Of a stretch of 59,357 bases of DNA, positions 8,677 to 17,188 are shown piece by piece. The notes under the pieces are model-generated. The model had not been told where the DNA came from, made no database searches, and was given only the letters and a program-made list of their open reading frames with translations. Origin of the DNA: a virus; IMG/VR virus record IMGVR_UViG_3300005836_000010; one strand, 5' to 3'. Each line of letters begins with the position of its first letter. Position 1 is the first letter of the stretch. A program made the position numbers and the translations under genes.

Positions 8677-9410
8677 GCTTTCCCCTGCTTGATTTCGTCC
8701 AAAGTCCACTGATTATCCGCCAGGACGCGCAGTGCGTGTAGCCTTTGGTCCTGCGTCGGATCGGAAGAGAACATCCAACCGGCCAAAGCGTGCTGAGAAT
8801 CTGTGACCACGCTCACCCCTGCGACAACCGCCGTGATGGCGGCGGCTGAGGTGTGGGTCACCAAACAGGCAGCGCCTTCGAGGTCTTGCGGTAGTGTCTT
8901 GGCAAGCTCGGGTTTGTTGGACGACCATGGCCGGATCTTGATTTCTCGGTCCGGCCATGTTCTGGCACACAGATGCACTGTCTCGGAAATCCAGTCGCCT
9001 GAGTAGCCGATCGTCAGGTTCATGTGGGCATCCGACTGCGGCACGATCAGAACGTAGCCGGGATCATCGGTGCTTCGCCATGGCTTGATATCGGGATTCC
9101 CCCCGAAGATGGCGCGCAAGCGCTCACCGCTGGATGCTTCCTTCCCGTGATACTGCACAGCATTCCTAGTCACCCGGAAGTGGGTTTCGCGTGACGCGTC
9201 GAAGTACGAGTTGTCGATGAAATAGAAGGGATCCCCGCCGAGTCTCAGCTTGGTGTTGACGCTGCGCCAAGTGCCGACGTTCATTGAACCGATACCATAG
9301 AACACTGAAGAGTGTTCCCTGGCACCCATCTTTTTGGCGCCGTCGATGAAAGCTTGACACAGGTCAAGAGACTTGCGTTTGCCAGGAATGGGGTAGGCTT
9401 GCATCACCAT
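8637..9410 (-). CDS. KpsC/KpsS-like (Capsule_synth-like) single-domain glycosyltransferase candidate, paralogue A
   Basis: YVLIVPQSD...CLVTHTSAAAITAVVAGVSVV pattern; shares a C-terminal QW(T/H)(L/F)DEI motif with 9404..10213. Confidence 0.45.
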   Translation of the reverse strand: MVMQAYPIPGKRKSLDLCQAFIDGAKKMGAREHSSVFYGIGSMNVGTWRSVNTKLRLGGDPFYFIDNSYFDASRETHFRVTRNAVQYHGKEASSGERLRAIFGGNPDIKPWRSTDDPGYVLIVPQSDAHMNLTIGYSGDWISETVHLCARTWPDREIKIRPWSSNKPELAKTLPQDLEGAACLVTHTSAAAITAVVAGVSVVTDSQHALAGWMFSSDPTQDQRLHALRVLADNQWTLDEIKQGKAWAWLNRTSIGTT

Positions 9411-10213
9411 TTCGCATCTCCCAGGTTGGTCAGCATGCGAGCCAACGGCTCACCGGTGGCGATCTCATCGAAGTGCCATTGACCGTGTGATATCGTTTGC
9501 AGGGTTCGATACCGGTCTTCGATACCGATCGGTGGAGGGGCTTTCATCAGGCCAACATCGAACCGCCACGCCGCGCTCGAGCCGATCCAGTGAGGAGCGT
9601 CGTAGAAGACCGGCAGTCCTTCAACCAGGGCACGCACACCCGAACCGCTCGACCAGATGACGCAGGACGATGCTTTCTTGAAGTCGTCCGTCAGTGGTAT
9701 CTTGGCTGCAAAGTTGCCAGGATGCTGACGCAGCTTGGCCGCCATACCGGCGGCACTGATCTTGCGCCCTGTGCGCTCGGCCCACTGCGATGGACTCGCC
9801 ATCAAGGGGCTACCGATGCCGCGCTGCCCGCACACCAGAGCGTAACCATCGCGCACGACACGTGGCTGGATCTCGTAGCCGAGCTTGGTGAAGCGGTCTT
9901 CGTCACCGACAGGGAACCAGCCCGAGCCGTTGTGACCGTGCAGGCTCAACGCGTAGTAGGTCTTGTCGACCTTCTGCAGGTATCCGTTCTCGGCGACGAG
10001 CACGCTACCACCGCGGGCTTCCCACTCGGTGGCAGCGTTGTCGTCGGCGCCCTTCTTCCGGTTCCACAGAACCAGCAGATCTTCTTTGGTCAGGTTGATC
10101 TTGGTGCTACCGAACGGTTCGATCTTGTAGCCGTGTTTGGCCAGCATCTTCTCGAATGCGTCACGCCGGTAGAACGGTTCCTTGCGAATCGTCAGGACTG
10201 CTCTGCGGCTCAT
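9404..10213 (-). CDS. KpsC/KpsS-like (Capsule_synth-like) single-domain glycosyltransferase candidate, paralogue B
   Basis: YALVCGQRG...LRQHPGN...CVIWSSGSGVRALVEGLPVFYD resembles the GT-B nucleotide-sugar half of capsule Kdo transferases. Confidence 0.45.
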   Translation of the reverse strand: MSRRAVLTIRKEPFYRRDAFEKMLAKHGYKIEPFGSTKINLTKEDLLVLWNRKKGADDNAATEWEARGGSVLVAENGYLQKVDKTYYALSLHGHNGSGWFPVGDEDRFTKLGYEIQPRVVRDGYALVCGQRGIGSPLMASPSQWAERTGRKISAAGMAAKLRQHPGNFAAKIPLTDDFKKASSCVIWSSGSGVRALVEGLPVFYDAPHWIGSSAAWRFDVGLMKAPPPIGIEDRYRTLQTISHGQWHFDEIATGEPLARMLTNLGDAKW

Positions 10214-10844
10214 GGTTGGTCTCCAGGCAAGAGGTGAGTGAGGCTCGGGGCCAGCAGGTGAGTGCAGTGTCCACCGAGCAGTTGATGACTTCGCATCCGT
10301 GCAGCTTCAGATCCTTGGCGAGTGTTGCCGCCTTGTGGATCCACTCAGCGAACACCTGTGCCTGCACGCACGGTGATGGGTGATCGGGATGCCAGTGCTT
10401 CTCTTTCTTCGGTCCTAATTTCATATCGAATCCAACGAGCAGGATTCGACGGCTCCCGAACAGGTAGGCCATGTTGATGGCTTGGAATCCACTGTTGCCG
10501 TTGTTGTGAACGACACCGTCGAGTCCCAATCCAGGTCTGTTGGTGTTTTTGATCCAGCTGGTCTGGTACTGCTGCGCGATGGTTTGATGCCCACCCCACT
10601 TCTCACCTTTGAATGTCCGCTTGACTTCGAGGTGGTGGGCGCGCCACCAGAGGATGTCACCGGCGTACAGGAGATCAGCCCAGGGAAACAATCTGAACGT
10701 CGTGTTCACCGCGATCAGCTGGAACGGCTTACCGCGTACTCGTAGATGATTGAGATCGCCGACCGACGCCGACAGGCTCGGTCCGCTGGCGGCGATGACA
10801 GCTGTCTTGCCACGCCAGCGATTTAGCCACGGGAACTTGATCAC
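10161..10844 (-). CDS. DUF115 / MptE-like / Maf-like protein (putative glycosyl- or pyrophospho-transferase)
   Basis: AVIAASGPSL...LIAVNTT...NSGFQAINMAYLFG..ILLVGFDM matches the DUF115 layout as recalled; ATGA-type overlap with the SNF2 stop. Confidence 0.55.
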   Translation of the reverse strand: MIKFPWLNRWRGKTAVIAASGPSLSASVGDLNHLRVRGKPFQLIAVNTTFRLFPWADLLYAGDILWWRAHHLEVKRTFKGEKWGGHQTIAQQYQTSWIKNTNRPGLGLDGVVHNNGNSGFQAINMAYLFGSRRILLVGFDMKLGPKKEKHWHPDHPSPCVQAQVFAEWIHKAATLAKDLKLHGCEVINCSVDTALTCWPRASLTSCLETNHEPQSSPDDSQGTVLPA

Positions 10845-12268
10845 TCTCCCCTCCGCTTCATCGCGTCCATCAGAACTTCCTGAACCGATTTCTTAGTGTC
10901 GACCCGAATGATGACGTCTTCGTCGATCGTGTCTTCGGCAACGATGTGGTAGATCCAGGTGTTGCGGTTATGTCCGGCTTGGATCTGCCGGACGGGACCG
11001 ATGCGTTCGAAGATTTGCTGGCGGGGCTCGAGCGCCCACCAGTGGCTGAAGTAAACCAGGATGTTCCCGCCGTCCTGAAGATTAAGACCGTGACCAGCCG
11101 ACTGCGGGTGTGAAAGAAGTATGCTGATCTCTCCTCTGTTCCAAGCCGCCACTGTCTCCGGGTTAGTGTCCAACACCCGAGCTTGAGGGAATGCACGTTG
11201 TAGGCGAACCAAGTCCGATTTGAAGTGGTATGAGACCAGGACAGGCATGCCTGCAGCCTCTTCCACAACCGATCGGAGAGCTTCAATTTTTTCATCGTGC
11301 ACCTCTACCCAGCGCTTGGCCTTGGGGTGATCGTCGCTATTGACATCGGGATCGATGTACATCGCGCCGCTAGCAATCTGCAGGCATTTCAGATCGCGGC
11401 CCGCACTGCTAAACGCTTCAATGCCGTGCGTCTTCACCTCAGTGAAGAGTGCTTTCTCCATCTCACGGTAGTGCTTCCGGGCTTGCGGTGGGAGTGTCAC
11501 CGTGACCGTACGCACGATCGGTTCCTTTAGATCGAACCAGTCCTTCGGATCGAGTGTGAGGCATATGTCCTTCAGCAGGCCTTGAATCTCGGCTTGCGAA
11601 TGTGGGAACACGATGCGCTGGATGAACTTGCTGTGGTGACCCAGTGCTTGCGACACGCGCTGGAAACCGAACCAGCGGTTCTCGAACATGGAGTAGCTGT
11701 CACCAAGCCGGTGACCAGCATCGAGGAAGAACGTCTGACCCCACAGATCCTGCAATCCGTTGGGCGCCGGTGTGCCGGTGAGGTTGATCCAGCGGCGCGT
11801 CTTGCCCAGCGTGGCGTCGTACAGCGCGCGGGCACGCTTGCCGCCTTGCTTCGTGCGGAACGACTTGAGCCGTGTCGACTCGTCGGCAACCACAATGTCG
11901 AAAGGCCAGCGGCCCTCCAGCGTTTCCACGAGCCACTGCATGTTGTCGTAGTTGATGGCGTAGATGTCGGCCTTCTTGTTTGCGAGCGCGTCCATGCGCT
12001 CCTGCTGCGTACCGACGATCGGTTGGATCTTGAGATGAGAGAACTGTCGCCACTTCTTCACCTCATCGGGCCACGTGCTGCGGGCCACGCGCAGTGGCGC
12101 TAGCACGAGCGGCCGACGGATAGACCCCGACATCGACAGGCCATCGAGTAGGTACAGCGACGCACTCGTCTTGCCCATGCCCATGCCAGCCCACAACGCG
12201 CATCGCGCGTTCGCGATAGCGTGGCTGACCATCAACCGCTGATAGGGGTGGGGAACGAAATCACGCAC
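10841..12268 (-). CDS. SNF2-family DEAD/DEAH-box helicase
   Basis: Walker A GMGMGKT, DEAH-like VVADEST, LTGTP, C-terminal helicase motifs; 475 aa. Confidence 0.9.
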   Translation of the reverse strand: MRDFVPHPYQRLMVSHAIANARCALWAGMGMGKTSASLYLLDGLSMSGSIRRPLVLAPLRVARSTWPDEVKKWRQFSHLKIQPIVGTQQERMDALANKKADIYAINYDNMQWLVETLEGRWPFDIVVADESTRLKSFRTKQGGKRARALYDATLGKTRRWINLTGTPAPNGLQDLWGQTFFLDAGHRLGDSYSMFENRWFGFQRVSQALGHHSKFIQRIVFPHSQAEIQGLLKDICLTLDPKDWFDLKEPIVRTVTVTLPPQARKHYREMEKALFTEVKTHGIEAFSSAGRDLKCLQIASGAMYIDPDVNSDDHPKAKRWVEVHDEKIEALRSVVEEAAGMPVLVSYHFKSDLVRLQRAFPQARVLDTNPETVAAWNRGEISILLSHPQSAGHGLNLQDGGNILVYFSHWWALEPRQQIFERIGPVRQIQAGHNRNTWIYHIVAEDTIDEDVIIRVDTKKSVQEVLMDAMKRRGE

Positions 12269-12584
12269 GGGGCGGTAACCAATGATCGAGTTGTTCGAAG
12301 GTGCTGATCACGAGCACGATGTAGCCTGCCTGCACCATGCGCCCGTGTTCTCGCAACTGCGCAGGAGTTGGTTTGCCTCCGGGTGCTTTTGTTTCAACTA
12401 CCGGATGAAGTTCATGTAGCTGCAAAAAGCGCGACCGCGGGAGGAGTGCGTACGCCGAACTGATCGTGAACAAGCAGAACACATCAGGCGCATTGCGTCG
12501 ACCGAGCCACGCGCCTGCTCGGATTTCGCCGCCATACTCTTCGACGCGCTTCTTCAGTTCCTTGCGTACGTCACGTTCGGGCAC
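12261..12584 (-). CDS. VRR-NUC domain nuclease
   Basis: PD...(E)xK core: NAPDVFCLF ... VVETKAPGGKPTPAQ; typical partner of SNF2 in this replication module. Confidence 0.75.
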   Translation of the reverse strand: MPERDVRKELKKRVEEYGGEIRAGAWLGRRNAPDVFCLFTISSAYALLPRSRFLQLHELHPVVETKAPGGKPTPAQLREHGRMVQAGYIVLVISTFEQLDHWLPPRA

Positions 12585-12903
12585 GTTCCCACCTCCGAAT
12601 ACTGTTGACCGAGCGCGTCACGCACTCCAGATGGTCAGGGTTGCAACAGGCCTTCGCAATGCAGCTGCGATGATCGAGCGTCATGCCTTCAGGCAGCGGT
12701 CCGTAGATCGCTTCCCAAGTAATGATGTGACACCGGCGTTGCCGTGGTGTGCGCACCCCAGGGATGCGCCGACTGACGTAGCCGTAGCCATCCTTATCGA
12801 GGTTGCCACCAAAGAGCCAACACCCGTTCTCGTTCTGCCAGTCGAGCATCCCGACCTTTGACAGGACGCGCTCAACGAGACTGTGGTATCGGCGCAAGGC
12901 CAT
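12571..12903 (-). CDS. HNH endonuclease
   Basis: LDHRSC...CCNPDHLE...SVN HNH/Cys-box pattern; 110 aa. Confidence 0.8.
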   Translation of the reverse strand: MALRRYHSLVERVLSKVGMLDWQNENGCWLFGGNLDKDGYGYVSRRIPGVRTPRQRRCHIITWEAIYGPLPEGMTLDHRSCIAKACCNPDHLECVTRSVNSIRRWERART

Positions 12904-13225
12904 TCTTCACCCATCTGTGTATCGTGCGCTCCGGTACCTTCAACTCGTGCGCGATCGCTACACACTTCCAACCTTCACTGTGTAGCTTGACCACCCTGAT
13001 GCGCATGCTGTCGCGCTCGCGTGCACGCAGCCACTGTGCCATGCGATCGTTGCCCCAACCTTGGCTGTTGATGCCTTTCCATACTTCGATCGGAACCTCG
13101 ACCGTCTTGAACGTGGACCCGTCATCGCGGCGGTAGCGACGCATTACAAGACCGTGAGCGAGCACGCGCGTATCGAGGCATCGCGCACCGGTGCGGACGC
13201 GCAGCATACTGACGTTGCGGCTCAT
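12872..13225 (-). CDS. HTH DNA-binding protein
   Basis: ATG 13225 overlaps the upstream stop (ATGA); C-terminal GWKCVAIAHELKVPERTIHRWVK is helix-turn-helix-like. Confidence 0.6.
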   Translation of the reverse strand: MSRNVSMLRVRTGARCLDTRVLAHGLVMRRYRRDDGSTFKTVEVPIEVWKGINSQGWGNDRMAQWLRARERDSMRIRVVKLHSEGWKCVAIAHELKVPERTIHRWVKNGLAPIPQSR

Positions 13226-13461
13226 TCCGGCACCGCTTCGAATTCGTCGGGGATCGGGCAGACGTGCAGTTTGCCGGGCTCGAGGCTGAACAGCACCCAC
13301 TGTCCACCCTGCTGGCGCCAGCGCACGTCGGTGCTGTAGCAGCGATTGCACTGCACTGCCGGTGCTTGGTAGTGAGATCCTTCTTTACGTCGAGTGGTGT
13401 AGGGTTGGCCCTCCCCCTCCCAGTCGTTGTACAGATCACCGTCGAATTGGCTCTTGCGCAT
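13222..13461 (-). CDS. Hypothetical small Cys-containing protein
   Basis: 79 aa from internal ATG 13461 (1-nt TGATG overlap with the upstream stop); CNRC...VC pattern. Confidence 0.5.
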   Translation of the reverse strand: MRKSQFDGDLYNDWEGEGQPYTTRRKEGSHYQAPAVQCNRCYSTDVRWRQQGGQWVLFSLEPGKLHVCPIPDEFEAVPE

Positions 13462-13709
13462 CACACGTCCCTCGGCAAACGACCGGCGCCCCCGGCGAGG
13501 CTGCGCACCACCAGCTTGAACCAAGCTTCCACTCTCACCTGCGAGCGCACCCACAACGTGGGGTCTTCGTGTTCCCAAAACCGCTGGTACAGATACGCGG
13601 GCTCGCCAGTCTCTTCGATTTTGACACCATCTTCTGGCGTCAAGATCACCATGTAATGGTCCCCGTTGCGGTGGCGATGCTCGATGCGATCATGCCGTTG
13701 GAACTTCAT
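13461..13709 (-). CDS. DUF1653-like protein
   Basis: FQRHDRIEHRHRNGDHYMVI...AYLYQRFWEH..TLWVRS resembles the DUF1653 consensus; ATG 13709 overlaps the upstream stop (ATGA). Confidence 0.55.
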   Translation of the reverse strand: MKFQRHDRIEHRHRNGDHYMVILTPEDGVKIEETGEPAYLYQRFWEHEDPTLWVRSQVRVEAWFKLVVRSLAGGAGRLPRDV

Positions 13710-13918
13710 AGCCTCTCCAACCAAAGGATCGAACCATCTGTGCAGACCACCGCCTCGTTGCCATCGGGCATGACCGCGAGCGTGCGCTTCCAGTGGCTGT
13801 CGTACACCTGCACCATAGATTCGTTATCAACGTACTCACGGTGGTTTCGCACGTTGTCGGGTGCACGCACACAGCAGTTATACTTGTAGCGCGGTTTCAA
13901 TTGGCGTGTCATGTTCAC
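13706..13918 (-). CDS. Hypothetical protein
   Basis: 70-aa ORF; GTG 13918 overlaps the polymerase stop (GTGA); alternative ATG at 13912. Confidence 0.5.
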   Translation of the reverse strand: MNMTRQLKPRYKYNCCVRAPDNVRNHREYVDNESMVQVYDSHWKRTLAVMPDGNEAVVCTDGSILWLERL

Positions 13919-16149
13919 TCCTTGTGATACCGATCAGTCTCGAAACCTGCCGCAGCGAGCGGACACCCACGGTTCCAACCGAAGTCGGCAGTGATCATCT
14001 CAACAACTGCGTCGACTGAATAGTCACTCGTATCGGGGACTTCGCACACCACTTCGTCATGTACGTCGAACACGACCGAGTACCCGCTATTCTCGATCAA
14101 CTCCTCACCATCGAACAGCTGATCGCACGCGATCGCCTGGACGATGTTCTCGAAGAGCTTCCCACCGTAGGTGCTGATGCGCTCCCACTTGCGGGTGTAC
14201 TGGTTGAATCCGGTGCACGTGATGTGCCCGTCGGCTTCGATATTGGGGTTGAGGTAGCACAGAAACCGGCCGCTGGGCAAGCGGATGCGCAGCCATGCAC
14301 CATCGCGCCGGATCTTCACGGCACGCGCTTCGTAAGCTTCGCCTGGGTTGTCGATCGCAGCACGGAACGCCTGCTCGATCTCAGGCCAGTAGCTCGTGAT
14401 CATGGGATGCGCTGCGCGCCACAAGCGCTTGATCGCATCGCAGGTGATCCACGTCTTCTCGGGGAGCCCGAGCCGCGCCTTGACGCGCTCCGCTTCGAAC
14501 AAGTCGCTGGCCTCGAGCGCATCCATGCCGCGCTTGCGCCGCTTGCCGTAGCGATCGACCAAGGGCTCATAGAGTTTGTTCAGGTAGGCCTGCGCTTCAG
14601 CGACTGCCCACACCGGCAGCGTCGGCCACACCGCTTCCGTCATCTTGTCGAGGTCGATGCCGTAGGTTGCGGCCCCGGTGATCCAGGCGCCGACGCCACC
14701 ACCGTACTGGAACATCAACTCCTCGACCTTGCCGATCTGGCGCTCGGGGCTGTTCTTGCCCACAGTCTTCGGGTCGACGTTGAACGATGCAGCGTAGGCC
14801 TTGATGTACAGGTCTGGACCCTTGCCATCGTCGTAGTCCTTGAACGCCTGCAGCTTCCACGATTCGCCCGCGGCCCACGCAGCCTTGCGGCCTTCGATGT
14901 TGGCCAAGTCGACAACGATCAGTTTGTGCTTGGGCTTGGCGATGATTGCACCGCGGATCGCAGTGCGACAGAAGTCCATCACCTCGGGCACTACGAGATC
15001 GGCATGCCCTCGCTTGAGCGCACGAATGCCCTCGTTGATGATCTTCTTCAACTCGGGATTGGGACGTGGCAGGTTTCCATGCTGGAAGAGACGATGCCCC
15101 GTGCGACCTGTGCGGCCTGCACCGCGGAACTGCGCACCACCACGCAGACGATGGTCGGAGTTGACGCCACGCTCCAGGCGTTTGTACTTGCTGACGCTGT
15201 TCATGCTCGATGCAAGCCGAACGCGCAACAGTTCCTTCACGGTCTCTGGCAGATCGGGATCGTCGAGCCGGCGGTCGATCGTGTCGGACTGCAGGTTAGG
15301 CATCTCGACGTTCCACACCTTGAGGATGTGCTCGATCAGCGCATCACGCTGAGTGGCTGCACCGACGGCGCCGTTGGTCAGTTCCTTGGTCTTGGCAGCG
15401 AGTGCACCTTTGGCGCGGTCGGATGCGCTGATTGCAGCGCGCACGAGATCCATGTCGATCTGGAAGCCGCGCTCGTTGATCTTCCAGTTCAGGTGGCACA
15501 GGTCGACTTGGTGATCGCGGTAGTTCCACATCGGCACCTGCTTGTGCGCCGTGCGCATGGTGACGATGTCCTGGGCAGCGTACTGAAGGAACTCCCACCA
15601 CTCAGCTGGGTGCGTCTGCTTGCTCGCGCGACGCGTGCCCCACTTCTTGAGGAAGTCATCGTTCTGTGGTTTGCAAAACAGGTGGATCAACTTCTTGCCG
15701 CTGTTCAGCTTGACTTCGTCGTCCTTCAACTTGAGCACGGCGCCGATCTTCTCGAGAGATCCAGGCAGGCCATGTGAGAAGAACTGCACCATCGTGTCGC
15801 GCCGCCGCGCCATCGGGATCATGGCGGCAAGCCTCGGTAGCTGGCGATCGATGACGGGGAAATCGAACATGCCCCCGTTCTGGAACCAGACGAGCGCGTC
15901 GCTCTTGAGGATCTGGTACAACTCGATGGGAATGCTGTTGTCGAGAGGCATGCGCTTCCACCGCACAGTGCCCGCTAGCTCATCCTCTTGCTGCCAGTGG
16001 AAATCTTGGTTGACGAGATCCCACACGCAGACTGGACCGTCCTCCAGCGCGAAGGACCACACCATCACCTCGGCGTGCTCAGCGTACTTGAAGCTCCCAT
16101 CCTTGATGGGCACTTCGCTGTACGTCTCGGTGTCGTGGTATGAGTCCAT
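13915..16149 (-). CDS. Family A DNA polymerase with N-terminal 3'-5' exonuclease
   Basis: 744 aa; exo I HDTETYSE, motif C FDVHDEVVCEV; canonical position beside DUF2815/DUF2800 genes. Confidence 0.9.
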   Translation of the reverse strand: MDSYHDTETYSEVPIKDGSFKYAEHAEVMVWSFALEDGPVCVWDLVNQDFHWQQEDELAGTVRWKRMPLDNSIPIELYQILKSDALVWFQNGGMFDFPVIDRQLPRLAAMIPMARRRDTMVQFFSHGLPGSLEKIGAVLKLKDDEVKLNSGKKLIHLFCKPQNDDFLKKWGTRRASKQTHPAEWWEFLQYAAQDIVTMRTAHKQVPMWNYRDHQVDLCHLNWKINERGFQIDMDLVRAAISASDRAKGALAAKTKELTNGAVGAATQRDALIEHILKVWNVEMPNLQSDTIDRRLDDPDLPETVKELLRVRLASSMNSVSKYKRLERGVNSDHRLRGGAQFRGAGRTGRTGHRLFQHGNLPRPNPELKKIINEGIRALKRGHADLVVPEVMDFCRTAIRGAIIAKPKHKLIVVDLANIEGRKAAWAAGESWKLQAFKDYDDGKGPDLYIKAYAASFNVDPKTVGKNSPERQIGKVEELMFQYGGGVGAWITGAATYGIDLDKMTEAVWPTLPVWAVAEAQAYLNKLYEPLVDRYGKRRKRGMDALEASDLFEAERVKARLGLPEKTWITCDAIKRLWRAAHPMITSYWPEIEQAFRAAIDNPGEAYEARAVKIRRDGAWLRIRLPSGRFLCYLNPNIEADGHITCTGFNQYTRKWERISTYGGKLFENIVQAIACDQLFDGEELIENSGYSVVFDVHDEVVCEVPDTSDYSVDAVVEMITADFGWNRGCPLAAAGFETDRYHKE

Positions 16150-16186
16150 GAGTATTTAAGGCAGTCCCCAATTAGCGAGGTTTGTC

Positions 16187-16229
16187 GGGCTGCTGCTCCC
16201 CAGCCCTTCTTCGGAAAGGCCTTTCCGAA
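16187..16229 (-). promoter_or_regulatory. Two adjacent hairpins between the SSB and DNA polymerase genes
   Basis: Perfect 20-nt palindrome ttcggaaaggcctttccgaa (16210-16229) plus gggctg...cagccc (16187-16206). Confidence 0.6.
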
Positions 16230-16233
16230 TTCT

Positions 16234-16821
16234 TTACGAGAAGTCTTCAGCGTCGGCGCCGTCCTCGACTTCTTCGAAGTCCTCGTCACGCGGACGCGTG
16301 CCACCGCCGAAGGCGTCACCGTCGCGTACGCGCTGCACGCCCAACAGCGTGGCGCGCAGGCCCTTACCGTTGGAGTTGTCTTGCGCCCAGAACTCGACCA
16401 GCAGGTTGATGAAGCACCCGCTGTAGATGCGGCCTTCCTTGCCTGGGTAGATCTCGCCATCGACCTTGTAGATTGGCGACGTGTCGTTGTCCTTGATCAG
16501 CGGCCGACCCTTGTCTTGGTACCGGTGCGCCGTCAGGGCGAAGTGGCCTTCGTAGCCGTCGTATTCCTTCAGCTTGCCGTCGGTGTAGCAGCAGGCCTTG
16601 CGGTCGGCCATCGCGATCTCGAAGGCCTTCTCGGCTTTGCCACCCCATTTCTCTTTGGCCGCATCGAGCAGGCACTCGCGCACCTTCTTGTCGAGGGCGC
16701 TGTTGTAGGGTACCAGACCGGTCGCGCTCCAACGGAACGGACCCTTGCCCTGGTACTGCTCGGGCTTGCCCAGCACGAGGAACGACCCGCGAACCGCGGG
16801 CAACATCAACTTGATTGCCAT
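16234..16821 (-). CDS. DUF2815-type (T7 gp2.5-like) single-stranded DNA-binding protein
   Basis: 195 aa with an acidic C-terminal tail DEDFEEVEDGADAEDFS; located between the nuclease and the polymerase. Confidence 0.75.
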   Translation of the reverse strand: MAIKLMLPAVRGSFLVLGKPEQYQGKGPFRWSATGLVPYNSALDKKVRECLLDAAKEKWGGKAEKAFEIAMADRKACCYTDGKLKEYDGYEGHFALTAHRYQDKGRPLIKDNDTSPIYKVDGEIYPGKEGRIYSGCFINLLVEFWAQDNSNGKGLRATLLGVQRVRDGDAFGGGTRPRDEDFEEVEDGADAEDFS

Positions 16822-16849
16822 GACGCTTTCTCTCCTAACGGTTGGTGGA

Positions 16850-17188
16850 TCAGAACGATCCGGGCTGGGCCACTGCGCGCGTCAGCGCCATCAGCCCTTC
16901 TTGGAAATGGGTGCGAGCGATCGCGGCCCAGCGCTCAGGCTGCGCCGCTTCGATGCGAGTCTGCTCGGGATCGACGGGGCCTTCTTCACCGGTCTCGTGG
17001 ATCGATTTGGCGCGAGCCTCCATGTCGTGCATGCGCGCCGCAGCCTTTTGCTCGCGAATGTGGTTGTTGACCACGATGCACAACGCCTGGAGATCCATCC
17101 CTTCGGACTTGATCTCGTTCATGAGCATGGCTTCCGACTCGCTGAGTTGCCGGTAGCCGATGATCTTGGGTTGCTGGAACGTCTCCAT
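16850..17188 (-). CDS. Hypothetical protein
   Basis: 112 aa from ATG 17188 (1-nt overlap with the upstream stop); the longer track ORF 16850..17692 is an out-of-frame extension over the nuclease gene. Confidence 0.6.
   Translation of the reverse strand: METFQQPKIIGYRQLSESEAMLMNEIKSEGMDLQALCIVVNNHIREQKAAARMHDMEARAKSIHETGEEGPVDPEQTRIEAAQPERWAAIARTHFQEGLMALTRAVAQPGSF

Noticed and set aside
14059-15777. Long antisense ORFs listed in the track: 14059..15777 and 17233..18627 on +; 37837..39351, 40748..42451, 47270..48787, 54198..55676 and 56063..58183 on -
   Set aside because: They are shadow ORFs typical of GC-rich DNA. They lie opposite genes with clear motifs (polymerase, nuclease, terL, portal, tail, ejection proteins). 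Their translations are Arg/Ala/Leu/Gly-rich, they have no recognisable motifs, and they break the operon logic.
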